Origin: Abditibacteriota bacterium
GTDB taxonomy: Bacteria; Armatimonadota; UBA5829
NCBI GenBank assembly: GCA_942493375.1
Contig: OW818698.1
Coordinates: forward strand, 5,032,568 to 5,096,567
DNA: 64,000 bases
Direction: 5' to 3'
Shown: piece by piece, positions 10,234 to 20,771 of the stretch
Position numbering within the stretch: position 1 is the first letter of the stretch
Layout of the letters: every line of letters begins with the position of its first letter
Program-made: the position numbers and the translations under genes
The notes under the pieces: generated by a model
Told to the model about the DNA's origin: nothing
Seen by the model: the letters and a program-made list of their open reading frames with translations, nothing else
Database searches by the model: none

Positions 10234-10578
10234 ATGAACAGTAATTTTGGTCCATTAGGTATCATTCTGGTATCAGCATTTGTATTGTATTTTGTATATG
10301 ACATAGTAAAGGTCCTCAAAAAGGCCTATGTATCTGATATGACTAGAGATGAATTCGGTGCTCTGGTGATCAATCTGGTAACGTCTTTTCTAGCGTTATT
10401 AATAGTGTTGTCCATAACAACCTATTTGAGAGTGAAAAATGAACTCAACTCAACAATATATATCGTATTGGTTGCTTGTTTGACACCATTAATGAAGGGG
10501 CATACAGAGTCAATATCACTGCTGTTGAAGACAAAATCCGAAGCACCAGACAACCAGGTAAAGCCTCCGTCAGAATAA
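10234..10578 (+). CDS. Small hypothetical membrane protein.
   Basis: Two hydrophobic helices. It lies directly upstream of the MFS gene. Weak support. Confidence 0.3.
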   Translation: MNSNFGPLGIILVSAFVLYFVYDIVKVLKKAYVSDMTRDEFGALVINLVTSFLALLIVLSITTYLRVKNELNSTIYIVLVACLTPLMKGHTESISLLLKTKSEAPDNQVKPPSE

Positions 10579-10627
10579 TTCTTCTTCCCTCGTTTGTGCA
10601 ATTTTGAAATAGCAAGAGTATATAAAA

Positions 10628-11977
10628 TTGAATACAAATACAACCGAACATAGTATTTCCAGATCTCAAGTACAAAAAGCAGTAAAGCTCTCATGCGCAC
10701 AGGCGATGCTTGGGGCTATTTATAGTGCATCCACAGGTGGAATGTTCCTGGTTGGTTATGCTCTAAAGATGGGAGCAAGCGATGTAGAGCTGGGGCTTCT
10801 CTCAACTATCCCTCTCTTTGCAGTAGTATTTCAACTGGTTGCAGCGTATATCGTTGAAAAGGGAATCAGCCGCAAGAAGATAACGTTTGTATCTCAGCTT
10901 ATAAATGTCCTCTGTTGGTGTGTGATTGCCCTGATGCCGTGGTTGTTGAAATCAGTGACCAATGGCGTAAAAATAGGTGTTTTGATAGCCACTGTGGGTA
11001 TTATCACAGCCTTTGCCCACCTGGCAGCCAATTCAAGGGCGAGTTGGCTTGGTGACCTCATACCAGCATCTGAACGCGGTTCATTCTTTGGAAGAATAAC
11101 CATGTTCGGTATGATCATCGGAGCTTCGCTCTCTGTTGTAGCAGGCAAGTTTCTTGATGTAGCCAAATCCGGTGGAATTGCTGCCTTTAGCTGGTTGTTT
11201 ATATTCGGCATGTTGATTGGCCTGATCAACACAGCCTTGTTTATCCCTCAAAAAGATGTGCCCTTAAAGCCTGAGAAAGAGACCACACCTTTTCCAAGAA
11301 TGATCATGGATACTTTCAAGAATAAAGGGCTCATGATGATGGCTCTTTTTTCTTTGGTGTGGTCATTGCAGAACATCGCAGGCCCGTTTTATGCAGCGTA
11401 CGTTATCAGGGACTTGAAGATGCCGTATATCGGACTTGGAATACTGTCAGCAAGTTCAGGTCTGATGATGATTGCTACGTCGTCATTCTGGGGCAGAATG
11501 GTCGATAAACACGGATGTAAGCCCATATTGATAGTCGCAGCCGCAGCTATCGCACCTACATGCATTGCCTGGGGATTTGTAGATACCGCATTGAAAGCTT
11601 ATTTGTTAATAGTGCCGATCAACCTGTTCCAGGGATTTTGGATGGCGGGCATACAAATCTGCTCAAGCACGATAATCTATAAAGTGACTCCGGAAAAAGG
11701 TAGAAGTGTTCAGCTGGCGATTCACTCTATAATTGCAGTAGTAGTTACAGCACCCATACCTACTCTTGGAGGATATCTACCAAAACTCTTTGGGACGGAC
11801 CTCAGGATAACTTTTCTACTGGTTGGAATATTCCAGCTTGCTGCAGCGTTCGTCGCAATGCGAATACCGGAAGCAGACGCCGGGAAACCCATCAGTGTTC
11901 TCGCTGACCTGAGAGACAGAATGTTTAAGAGAACAAGAGCAGCAGAATATGATCCTGATGGTTCCAGGGAGAGATAA
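10628..11977 (+). CDS. MFS-type transporter (putative sugar/oligosaccharide permease).
   Basis: Length 449 aa with about 12 hydrophobic segments in a 6+6 arrangement. It is embedded in the glycoside-hydrolase locus. Confidence 0.75.
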   Translation: MNTNTTEHSISRSQVQKAVKLSCAQAMLGAIYSASTGGMFLVGYALKMGASDVELGLLSTIPLFAVVFQLVAAYIVEKGISRKKITFVSQLINVLCWCVIALMPWLLKSVTNGVKIGVLIATVGIITAFAHLAANSRASWLGDLIPASERGSFFGRITMFGMIIGASLSVVAGKFLDVAKSGGIAAFSWLFIFGMLIGLINTALFIPQKDVPLKPEKETTPFPRMIMDTFKNKGLMMMALFSLVWSLQNIAGPFYAAYVIRDLKMPYIGLGILSASSGLMMIATSSFWGRMVDKHGCKPILIVAAAAIAPTCIAWGFVDTALKAYLLIVPINLFQGFWMAGIQICSSTIIYKVTPEKGRSVQLAIHSIIAVVVTAPIPTLGGYLPKLFGTDLRITFLLVGIFQLAAAFVAMRIPEADAGKPISVLADLRDRMFKRTRAAEYDPDGSRER

Positions 11978-11982
11978 ATAGA

Positions 11983-12360
11983 ATGACTGTCATATTAAAC
12001 TGCATTAAATCCAGGATATTCTGCGTCTGGCGATGGGTTCACATTGTCATAATGATTGCGTGGACTATTCTGTTTTTCCGTGTAAATAATGTAGACATTA
12101 TTGGAACCCAGATTGCCTATCCTAATTTTTTCCTTGGAGTAGTGCCTGCTGCTATATTTCTGTTTTTGAGATACACAAAACTGAACTGGGCTTGCTGGTT
12201 TGCATTCGCTTATGATCTCCTTATTATTCTGACACTTCTGGTGGGTTTGGTATTTCTACCAAACTATTATGGCTTATTCTTTTTTTTCCCTTTGGCAGGA
12301 TTTATATGTGAGTTCATAATACTGATTGCTATCCTGATTGCAAGCAAACCTCACAGATAA
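11983..12360 (+). CDS. Hypothetical small membrane protein.
   Basis: Length 125 aa, highly hydrophobic, AT-rich. Confidence 0.4.
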   Translation: MTVILNCIKSRIFCVWRWVHIVIMIAWTILFFRVNNVDIIGTQIAYPNFFLGVVPAAIFLFLRYTKLNWACWFAFAYDLLIILTLLVGLVFLPNYYGLFFFFPLAGFICEFIILIAILIASKPHR

Positions 12361-12388
12361 GCATTGGGTATAGGAGGAAGGGAACTGT

Positions 12389-13072
12389 ATGATTGTCAAT
12401 ATCCGTTTGCTTCACTACCTCAGTGAAGAGACATACAAGACAATATGCAACAGATTGGGGCTTGATCCCAGTTACAGCAGGATAGGGGAGAACTACATCG
12501 AATATGCAGACTCCCCCATATCCAAAGTCCATATGTTCAATATAGATTACAAGTCACTGGGGCGTATATGGTTTATGCATGTGGATGTGGATTTCCCGCG
12601 CTTTACCTGTACCTATGAAGAGTTTCCAGATAGGTTGTTCGCAGCATATCGTGTGCTGTTCGGTGAGGATGCAATGTCGGATTTTCCAGCATATGACTGC
12701 ATAAACTGCGATTATATTGAATACACATCGGTCATTGAGATTTATAACGCGGACAATGCTATCGAAAAGCTGCAAACGGGTAAATGCGTCCCGGAACAAC
12801 TCGACAGGCTGCTCTGGGAGAAGTATCAGAAACCGAACAGCACCATCTCATTCTACATCTGCAAAGAAGATGATTCCCATCTCCGGCTACATGCAAAGTG
12901 TCACGGTACAGCTCTAAAAAGACGTATAAAAGACGCTTCACTTCACCGTGCAACAGGAATCACGCCCAATACTGCAATCAACGCAGAAACAGAACGCAAC
13001 ATCATAGACTGGCAACTGCTACAGTATTTTGCTCCAGCTGGACTGTCATACGTTACTTCGGCTGCCGGGTGA
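12389..13072 (+). CDS. Hypothetical protein.
   Basis: Clean ORF with RBS ggaggaag upstream. No recognisable motifs. Confidence 0.45.
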   Translation: MIVNIRLLHYLSEETYKTICNRLGLDPSYSRIGENYIEYADSPISKVHMFNIDYKSLGRIWFMHVDVDFPRFTCTYEEFPDRLFAAYRVLFGEDAMSDFPAYDCINCDYIEYTSVIEIYNADNAIEKLQTGKCVPEQLDRLLWEKYQKPNSTISFYICKEDDSHLRLHAKCHGTALKRRIKDASLHRATGITPNTAINAETERNIIDWQLLQYFAPAGLSYVTSAAG

Positions 13073-13088
13073 ACAGCCGAAGTAACGG
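13051..13088. terminator. Stem-loop overlapping the stop codon, between convergent genes.
   Basis: cgttacttcggctg ... cagccgaagtaacg inverted repeat. Confidence 0.4.
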
Positions 13089-13101
13089 TTCCGCAGCAAT
13101 C

Positions 13102-14106
13102 TCATTTCTCAATTATCAAATCGCGCATCAGGATATCATGGGCATTGGCAGGCTGGTTGCTGGGAAGTACCACATCCTTGTTCAGTAGTATTCCGAACCC
13201 GGTGCCGGCTGGGATTTGTACATCCTTACCAATTGCTGGCGTGATTTGCCTTTGGTCATATAGATAGCCCTCTCCTGCACCAAATACAGCTCCAACAAAC
13301 GGTTGACTCCCGAAAGTCTGACCAATCGCCAGCCCTGCTCCAGCTCCGGATGCTATAAACTGGTTATCCGTTCCCGAGTTAATGGTTCCCATAAGCCTGC
13401 TGGTTATCGGGTCCATTCTCACACTGTTTTCATCCAGGGCAGCCAACTGTCCCACAATTGGAATAGATACACCGTTTGGTAAAGTCGCTTTTACAAAGCT
13501 GATACCGATTTGCCCGGCAGTATTCAGTGATGCTCTCGTCACAGATCCTACTTTACCCATGAACACCGTATGTTGGGGAAATCCGATAGCACTTATATCC
13601 TTTTGATAAGCATAGAAACTGTCACCAACTTTACTTGTAGCAGAACTCAGAGTTCTATCCAAAGTGACCCTGATAACTGTGCCATTGGGAATTCTGGCCT
13701 GATCATTACTGAGCAACATAGGTTTGTATAGACTCATAATCCTGGGGATTATGGTGTTCAGTCGATTGATCCAGACATTAGCCAGTTTTTGAGGTGTCGT
13801 CTGATTTGCCCTGGCATCATCTGCAGTAACAGTCATGAAGAATTTATTGTCGGCGTAAATGTAGCAATCTGCACCGAATTTCGTGGTTGTGAACATCGGA
13901 GTATTACCACCGAATTGCATAAGGTCATTCGCACGCTGCTGAAGTTCTTTAACACGCTGCTCAATAGTGTAGCCACCTGCACCGTTACGTATAGTAAGAA
14001 CGGGGGAGTTAGCGAGCCACACCTGACGGCTGTCAATTGCCCATACTGTTGAATACATGCATATGGTTGCTAGAACCATGAAAGTAATCGCTACATGTCT
14101 TTTCAT
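13102..14106 (-). CDS. Secreted protein with a conserved N-terminal 'VWLANSP' module and a C-terminal glycine-zipper. Member of a four-paralog family in this window.
   Basis: The start was moved to the Met of MKRHVAITFMVLATICMYSTVWA (signal peptide, RBS ggag). The N-terminal domain is shared with 60640, 61759 and 62906. C-terminus ASGAGAGLAIGQTFGSQPFVGAVFGAG shows the GxxxG glycine-zipper pattern. Confidence 0.6.
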   Translation of the reverse strand: MKRHVAITFMVLATICMYSTVWAIDSRQVWLANSPVLTIRNGAGGYTIEQRVKELQQRANDLMQFGGNTPMFTTTKFGADCYIYADNKFFMTVTADDARANQTTPQKLANVWINRLNTIIPRIMSLYKPMLLSNDQARIPNGTVIRVTLDRTLSSATSKVGDSFYAYQKDISAIGFPQHTVFMGKVGSVTRASLNTAGQIGISFVKATLPNGVSIPIVGQLAALDENSVRMDPITSRLMGTINSGTDNQFIASGAGAGLAIGQTFGSQPFVGAVFGAGEGYLYDQRQITPAIGKDVQIPAGTGFGILLNKDVVLPSNQPANAHDILMRDLIIEK

Positions 14107-14340
14107 ATTCATACTCCATATGAAGGATCCACCCACTGTTTCCTTACTCCTATACATGGAGAAGAGTGAATCCAGTTTTTTACAACTCCAATGTCGTTTT
14201 TGTACGAAAGGAGATTGTTTACATATGCCAATAGTTAGGTGTGCCTAACTTATATATATTATCCCCAAGTCAGGAGGATAGGAAACCTATCATAAAGTCA
14301 AGGGGAATTGGTTGTGCATTTGTTAACTCTTCAGATAACC

Positions 14341-16941
14341 TTATGGTGTCATATCCTTCACATCTGCATTCTTCTGCTGCATTACAAGAGCGTTCACGCT
14401 GCGGGCCAATAGCATCTTGGGGATTTCAAACCAAACCACACTAGCAATTCCAGCTCCCACACAGGTTGCTGCCATTGCAGCATTCAAGTGTTTGAAACGG
14501 AAGATCTCGCGTAGAAATGGCACATACAGGACTAATCCCAGGAATACGAAAGCGCCGCCAACAACCCACCACATTGCTTGATTCTTAGAACGGAGAGTAG
14601 CAATAATGCTTCTTGACCATGATGCATTCGTTAATATGAGAGATATATTGGCGATTATCAAAGTCGTGAATGTCATAGTGCGGCAGTTTTTGTCATCCAG
14701 ACCAATATTCCGACCGATGATGAAGACTCCGAGGCACACAACTAATACACTCAATCCTTGCAGCATACTCATTATGACTGTGTGTTTGTCGAATATCGAT
14801 TCCTTCGGGTCGCGCGGAGGCCGTTTCATCACATTCGTTTCCCCTGGTTCTGCCTCGAAAACTGTAGAGCAAGCCGGGTCGATGATAAGTTCCATAAACA
14901 CAATGTGTATGGGAAGCAATATCAACGTCCAGTCAGCTATCACGGGGATTAGAGACAGACCTGCAATAGGTACGTGAACTGCAAATATGTAGGCCATTGC
15001 TTTACGCAGGTTATCGAATATCCTGCGTCCCATTCTGATCGCTGCAACGATCGATGAGAAGTCATCATCCAGCAGCACCAGTCCGGCAGCTTCACGCGCG
15101 ACATCGGTTCCTCGTCCACCCATAGCAACCCCAATATCTGAAGCTTTGAGAGCTGGTGCATCGTTAACACCATCACCGGTCATTGCAACAGTCTCGCCAT
15201 TAGCTTTGAGCGCCTGAACCAGCCGCAGCTTTTGCTCCGGCACTACTCTGGCGAAGACATTGACTCCTCCAATGCGTTGATTTAAATCCTCATCTGACAT
15301 CGCATTGAGCTCTTCACCGGAGATTATATGATCAGGATCTTTAAGCCCTATCTGTGTCGCAATATTGCGGGCAGTTGCGGGATAGTCTCCAGTGATCATT
15401 ACAACCCGGATACCTGCCTCATAGCACTCCTTCACAGCTCCTTGCACTGATGGACGCACAGGGTCAACCAATCCTACAAGGCCAATAAACTCGAAGTCGA
15501 AATCGTGCTGCTCTCCGGGGAGTTCATTTGATTGGGTGAAATGCGCTTTGGCTACACCCAGGACCCGGAGTCCATTCTCAGCCATTATTCCTATTTGAAC
15601 AGCGAGATCATTTTTCTGAGTGTCATTGAAGTGGCAAAGATCAGCTATAGCCTCGGGAGCGCCTTTGGTGGCGATAACGTAGTTCTCTCCCTTTGTAGAT
15701 TTCCATACGTGGGACATTGCCAGTAGTTCCTTAGACAAAGGATACTGCTGGACCAGAACCCAGTCCCCATGTATGTGCTCGGTTTGGGCCAGATGCTCTT
15801 CACCAAGTATGTGGAACGCCTTCTCCATCGGGTCGAACGGGTCACGCTGACTCGCTAATATACTGTATTCGATAAGGGCATGGAAGTCTTCAGGCAGAAC
15901 ATGCCCATCACCACTGATTATTGACAGGTGCTTGTTGTTTGCAAAAAGTTGCCCTACAGACATCTGGTTGAGTGTGAGTGTTCCGGTCTTGTCCACACAC
16001 AGGACAGTAGCCGAACCAAGTGTTTCTATTGCAGGCATTCGCCTGGTGAGTACATGCTTACGTGATATACGCCAGGCGCCAAGAGCTAGAAAAATCGTGA
16101 GGACTACCGGAAACTCCTCAGGTAATAGTGCCATTGCCAGAGCGACTCCAGCCAGAATGCCCTGTAACCAGTCTTCTCTGGTCAATCCGTAGGCAATGAC
16201 TACAATAGCGCTCATTGAACCACCAGTTATGGCCAGGTTGCGGACTAAGCGTGATGTCTGTTTTTCCAGCGAGGTTTTTTCTACAACAAGTGTCTGCAGG
16301 GATTTTCCGATCTTTCCGATCTCTGTGTTAATCCCTGTCCTCTGGATTTCTATCAGCGCCTGCCCCTGCACCACGAGTGTGCCTGAGAATACAAAGGGTT
16401 CGTCATCTCCACCAGGGCGCTGTATTGTCGAGTTCCCATCCCATTCACTCTTCCGCACGGGCATGGATTCACCGGTCAGCAGGGATTCGTCAACGGACAG
16501 GTTCAGGGACGAGAGCACTACTCCATCAGCCGGAACACGGTCTCCCTCTGAGATAATTACGGAATCTCCGCGCACAACTTCTCGGCCCGGTATTCGCTTT
16601 TCCTCACCACTACGGATCACACGTGCCCTGGGACTCGATAGATTCCTGAGGGCTTGAAGCGCATTCTCGGTCTTGCGTTCCTGATGAAGCGTGATACCTA
16701 TGACTACGAACACAAACCCCATCAGCAGAAGAGCTTCTTGTAAATCACCCAGCAGAAGATATATGATACCTCCGCCAACCAGCAGTAAAAACATCGGTTC
16801 GCGGATTACTTCGAATGCAATGGCAAAAATGCTGCGTGGTTTGGCCGATGGCAGCTCATTGGGGCCATCCGATTTTAATATTCTATCTGCATCATCGTGG
16901 GATAGACCAATAACATTCTTGATATCGAAGCCTTTTGCCAC
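14341..16941 (-). CDS. Cation-transporting P-type ATPase (P2-like).
   Basis: Phosphorylation motif CVDKTGTLT. Also VVMITGD and the hinge motif TGDGVNDAPALK. Cation-ATPase N-terminal domain. Length 866 aa with 8-10 transmembrane segments. Confidence 0.9.
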   Translation of the reverse strand: MAKGFDIKNVIGLSHDDADRILKSDGPNELPSAKPRSIFAIAFEVIREPMFLLLVGGGIIYLLLGDLQEALLLMGFVFVVIGITLHQERKTENALQALRNLSSPRARVIRSGEEKRIPGREVVRGDSVIISEGDRVPADGVVLSSLNLSVDESLLTGESMPVRKSEWDGNSTIQRPGGDDEPFVFSGTLVVQGQALIEIQRTGINTEIGKIGKSLQTLVVEKTSLEKQTSRLVRNLAITGGSMSAIVVIAYGLTREDWLQGILAGVALAMALLPEEFPVVLTIFLALGAWRISRKHVLTRRMPAIETLGSATVLCVDKTGTLTLNQMSVGQLFANNKHLSIISGDGHVLPEDFHALIEYSILASQRDPFDPMEKAFHILGEEHLAQTEHIHGDWVLVQQYPLSKELLAMSHVWKSTKGENYVIATKGAPEAIADLCHFNDTQKNDLAVQIGIMAENGLRVLGVAKAHFTQSNELPGEQHDFDFEFIGLVGLVDPVRPSVQGAVKECYEAGIRVVMITGDYPATARNIATQIGLKDPDHIISGEELNAMSDEDLNQRIGGVNVFARVVPEQKLRLVQALKANGETVAMTGDGVNDAPALKASDIGVAMGGRGTDVAREAAGLVLLDDDFSSIVAAIRMGRRIFDNLRKAMAYIFAVHVPIAGLSLIPVIADWTLILLPIHIVFMELIIDPACSTVFEAEPGETNVMKRPPRDPKESIFDKHTVIMSMLQGLSVLVVCLGVFIIGRNIGLDDKNCRTMTFTTLIIANISLILTNASWSRSIIATLRSKNQAMWWVVGGAFVFLGLVLYVPFLREIFRFKHLNAAMAATCVGAGIASVVWFEIPKMLLARSVNALVMQQKNADVKDMTP

Positions 16942-17107
16942 TGAGAATCTCCCTGGTTGTGTTGAGGACTTGCTTGCCTTGTCCTCTGTAGACCCACGAC
17001 AATAGGCCTGCTACCCGGTGGAGGACTGGGTAGCAGGCTTCTGGAGGCAGGTGAGTAATGTTGTTCAGTCCTATACGGTTCACTTAATATGACGATAAAC
17101 TGAGTGT

Positions 17108-17147
17108 GGAATTTGTCATCCTTCGTTCCTCAGGATGACAAATTCCG
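17108..17147. repeat. Short palindromic member of the GTCATCCT..AGGATGAC repeat family.
   Basis: ggaatttgtcatccttcgttcctcaggatgacaaattcc. The arms gaatttgtcatcct / aggatgacaaattc are perfect. Confidence 0.55.
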
Positions 17148-17190
17148 TAACCTTTTCCTGATTCCACTCACTAAGTGAACGGTATGTGGA

Positions 17191-17526
17191 CTAGTCGTCG
17201 CCGCCTAATCCTCCCAGAATATCTCCCAGCCATGATCCTTTGCGTTTACGTTCACCATATCCGCGTTCTCCGCCTTCACGACGGTCATTGTCTTTGTCGT
17301 ATTCCCTGTATTCGCGGCTGTGTTCATCACGCTTATCATATGGCCTGGCTGCTTCTGGTCTGGATGAACTCATTTCGGTCTTTGTTGTTTCGGAAACACT
17401 AAGCTCCAGTAACTTTTCCAGTTCGCCTTTATCCAGCCACACGCCTTTACAGCTCGGGCAGACATCCAGTGTCACACCATTCCTATCGACTTCTTTCATA
17501 CGATCTTCGCATACCGGACAATTCAT
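17191..17526 (-). CDS. Zinc-ribbon protein (TFIIB-type zf, PF13453-like) with a charged low-complexity tail.
   Basis: CPVC...CPSC plus GVWLDKGELEKL, the hallmark of the zf-TFIIB family. C-terminal R/E/D/G-rich tail. Confidence 0.6.
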   Translation of the reverse strand: MNCPVCEDRMKEVDRNGVTLDVCPSCKGVWLDKGELEKLLELSVSETTKTEMSSSRPEAARPYDKRDEHSREYREYDKDNDRREGGERGYGERKRKGSWLGDILGGLGGDD

Positions 17527-17544
17527 TTTTTAGGTTCTCCTCTA

Positions 17545-18225
17545 TCATATATTCGTGAAACGGGTTTTCTGTGCTGGGGGTTTCAATCTACCAATCTGTG
17601 TGTTCTTGCCGGTTTCGGTTACTACGAAGGTTCCTCTTCCACGAATGACCAACGTATTCATGAATACCCGATTTTGGTTCTCCTCAGACAGAACGGACTG
17701 GTCATTTAGTTGCAGAGCATGCTTTGTTACGGGTTCTGAGTTGCCCGATAACGTTTCTTCCTGCACTACCAGATTTATAGCTTCGGTTAAACGACCATCA
17801 GCGGGTATTGTTTCTCCGGCTTGTATTCTCACGATGTCTCCTGGTACCAGCTGACTGACAGCTAACTGCAGCAATTTACCTCCGCGTATTCCTGTGCATA
17901 CGCTGAGATACTGGCCCCCGGATGAGATCAGTGATTGCCTGTATCGTCTTTTCAAAACTGAAGACGCAATTATCATTACTACACTAAGAATAGCAAAGCC
18001 TAGCGCGAACAGCAGGTCATATTCAACTGCCAAAACGATTCCTATGGCTAAGCAGACCAAACCAGTTGATCTTACATGCTGGTAAAATAAATATGGACGT
18101 TCTAATTCGTTGGTCCCATATTTACGAAGACGATCATAGGCCTCAACCTCGGACAATCCATAGTCAGAGTCAGTTTTCAGATTCTTTAATATGTCTTGTA
18201 TTTCGGATTCCCCGCGGTTAAGCAC
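17545..18225 (-). pseudogene. N-terminal fragment of a second P-type ATPase (cation-ATPase-N plus actuator domain only).
   Basis: LSEVEAYDRLRKYGTNEL is the cation ATPase N-terminal domain. GETIPADGRL...LSGNSEPVTKH is the actuator domain. The ORF stops after 226 aa, before any DKTGT motif. The downstream sequence encodes an unrelated gene. Confidence 0.5.
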
Positions 18226-18383
18226 GGCTAGTTACTCCTTCGTCGGGTCCAACCGTTTGGCACGCAGCTTCCTTGAATGCTACAATCACATGGTCTTAAT
18301 ACGACCATGATGCCATGGCAAGGTTGCGCCATGGTAACGTTTAGGTTAATTCTTTCGACCGGTTTTTTAGAACAGGACATACA

Positions 18384-19079
18384 ATGAAAACGATCCTTCT
18401 TGTAGATGATGACAATGCTCTGGTAGCCTCACTTAGCGCTGGACTGAGTGATGAAGGTTTCGAAGTTGCCTCCGTAGGCAATGGTGAAGATGCATTGAGC
18501 GTCTTCAAAGCCAAGTCTCCGGATCTTGTGATTCTGGACCTGATGCTGCCGGGTATCGATGGAATGACCGTGTGCAGGATGATCCGGCGAGATTCACCTG
18601 TGCCCATTATTATGCTTACAGCCAAGAAAGACGATATCGACAAGATAATTGGTCTGGAGATTGGTGCAGATGATTTCATCACGAAACCATTTAACTTCAG
18701 GGAGCTCCTTGCACGTATCAAGTCAGCATTAAGACGACCGGAGATGGATGGTTACCAGCAAGACGATCTTCCGGACACTGCGAAGTTTGGGGAACTTTCC
18801 ATAGATTTCACAAGGCGAGAAGTCAGGCTTTCCGGTAAGATTGTGCCATTACCGTTGAAAGAATATGAACTACTTGCAGTAATGGCACGTAAACCTGGAA
18901 AAGTTTTCGAACGCGACGAACTGCTTCAGCGGATATGGGGAGATGATTTCTACGGTGATGAGAAGACTCTGGATGTGCATATTCGACGTCTGAGAGCGAA
19001 GGTCGAACTCAATCCGGCATCTCCTGAGTATATTGTGACCGTGCGCGGGGTCGGCTATAAAGTGCATTCGGGAGGATAA
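18384..19079 (+). CDS. OmpR-family response regulator.
   Basis: Receiver domain (LVDDD, ILDLMLPGIDG) and C-terminal winged-helix (TVRGVGYK). Confidence 0.85.
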   Translation: MKTILLVDDDNALVASLSAGLSDEGFEVASVGNGEDALSVFKAKSPDLVILDLMLPGIDGMTVCRMIRRDSPVPIIMLTAKKDDIDKIIGLEIGADDFITKPFNFRELLARIKSALRRPEMDGYQQDDLPDTAKFGELSIDFTRREVRLSGKIVPLPLKEYELLAVMARKPGKVFERDELLQRIWGDDFYGDEKTLDVHIRRLRAKVELNPASPEYIVTVRGVGYKVHSGG

Positions 19080-19081
19080 AT

Positions 19082-20470
19082 ATGTTCGTCAGTATTAAGG
19101 CCCGTTTGCTGCTCAGTCACCTGGGTGTTGCTTTACTCACCGCAATGGCAGCCTTAGGCTATATTTATGTTTCATTTACAAGAATGCAGGCTGACTACAG
19201 TGAGCATGCCCTGCTATCAAGTGCTTACACTCTGGCCGATGCTGTTGAGACTGACTTCGGCACTCAGCACGGACGAATCCAGATAAAGCATGCAATGGGT
19301 GAGCTTGCAGTGGAGGAGAAAGTCCAGTTTGCCGTGATGGAGATAGACGGCACTGTAATTTCTTCTACAGTTCCAGAGGTTTATGCCGGAAACAAGCTGT
19401 CACTGATGGAAAAGCTCAGCAGTGGGAAGCCAAATGTCTACCATCCCAAAGTAAACTCCCCAGATCAGAAGAGGATTATTGTCGATGTGCCGATTGAGCA
19501 GAACCATCAGGTTGTCGGCATAGTCAGAACCTGGATTCTCGAACGGGACTACCAGTCATCAATTAATCCCATCAAGCGGATTACTGGATTTGCTCTTGCC
19601 GGGGTAATGGTCCTCTGTATCGCACTGTCTCTGCTTCTTGCATACGCATTGATATCTCCCATCAAGAGAATGAAACGACTATCCAGACGTATTGCCCAGG
19701 GTGACTTTGGGATAAGGTTGGATAAAGTTGGAAGTGATGAACTGGGTGAACTGGCGACTGATCTTAATACGATGGCTGCTCAGCTTCAGGAACTTGAGAA
19801 CTCCCGCAGGGACTTCCTGGGAAATGTATCCCATGAATTGAGATCACCGATAAGCAACATCCGGATCACCAGCGAAGTGCTTCAAAGGCGTGCAGAGAGG
19901 CTGGGTGATGATTCTGCAAAGCTGTTTCAAACGGTGATTGTGGAGACCCAGCGGCTTGAAATAATGATAAACGAACTAATGGAACTTGCCGCGATCAAAT
20001 CCGGAGCCCTGGTGTTAAATAAGGAAGCGTTTAGTATAGAAGTCCTTATTGACGAGATAATGCCTGGCTTATTGATTCGTGCCCAACAAAAGCAGCAGGA
20101 TTTGGAAACAACTATCGATCCTGACCTGATGCTTTTTGCTGATCGGGACAGGATAGCCAGAGCTATATCGAATCTTCTGGATAATGCTATTAAGTTTACG
20201 CCAGTTACCGGACAGATAAAATTGCAAGCAAAACAAGAGCCGGATGTGGTGGTTATTGAAGTATCTGATACAGGTGAAGGCATATCGAACGATGACTTGC
20301 CAAAAGTATTTGAACGGTTTTATCGTGCAGACAAAGCAAGGCAGCGTGAAGGCGGATCAGGCATTGGGCTAGCCATAGTCAAGAACATAATCCTCGCACA
20401 CGGCGGCAGTGTTGATGTCAGGAGCAACGAAGGACACGGCAGCATATTCCGGATAATTCTTCCTGTGTAG
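19082..20470 (+). CDS. Sensor histidine kinase (two transmembrane segments, HAMP, HisKA, HATPase_c).
   Basis: H-box HELRSPISNI, N-box LDNAIKFT, G-boxes DTGEGI and GGSGIGLAIVK. The start overlaps the response-regulator stop (ggaggataaATG). Confidence 0.85.
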   Translation: MFVSIKARLLLSHLGVALLTAMAALGYIYVSFTRMQADYSEHALLSSAYTLADAVETDFGTQHGRIQIKHAMGELAVEEKVQFAVMEIDGTVISSTVPEVYAGNKLSLMEKLSSGKPNVYHPKVNSPDQKRIIVDVPIEQNHQVVGIVRTWILERDYQSSINPIKRITGFALAGVMVLCIALSLLLAYALISPIKRMKRLSRRIAQGDFGIRLDKVGSDELGELATDLNTMAAQLQELENSRRDFLGNVSHELRSPISNIRITSEVLQRRAERLGDDSAKLFQTVIVETQRLEIMINELMELAAIKSGALVLNKEAFSIEVLIDEIMPGLLIRAQQKQQDLETTIDPDLMLFADRDRIARAISNLLDNAIKFTPVTGQIKLQAKQEPDVVVIEVSDTGEGISNDDLPKVFERFYRADKARQREGGSGIGLAIVKNIILAHGGSVDVRSNEGHGSIFRIILPV

Positions 20471-20771
20471 AAGAAACTTCAACAGGATGGACGCATCTAA
20501 TTTTGTACACGAGAGAATAGGCCGGGATATACTGCGGGAATGCCGGTTTTACTGGATGTTCCGAATCATGTCTATGCTCAATTCCCGCAGTATATCCCTT
20601 GGTTACTGTTTGCCCTGGCAACTTCACATAATTCCTCTCTCCCACATTCAATATCTACTACACAGTCTGCAAATATCCTTGACTCAAAAAGACTAGCTGT
20701 GCTAGAGTCTCGTACCAGTGGTTCCTAATAAAGGAATAATTCGGTAAGGTCCCACTAATCGGAGGCAGTAA

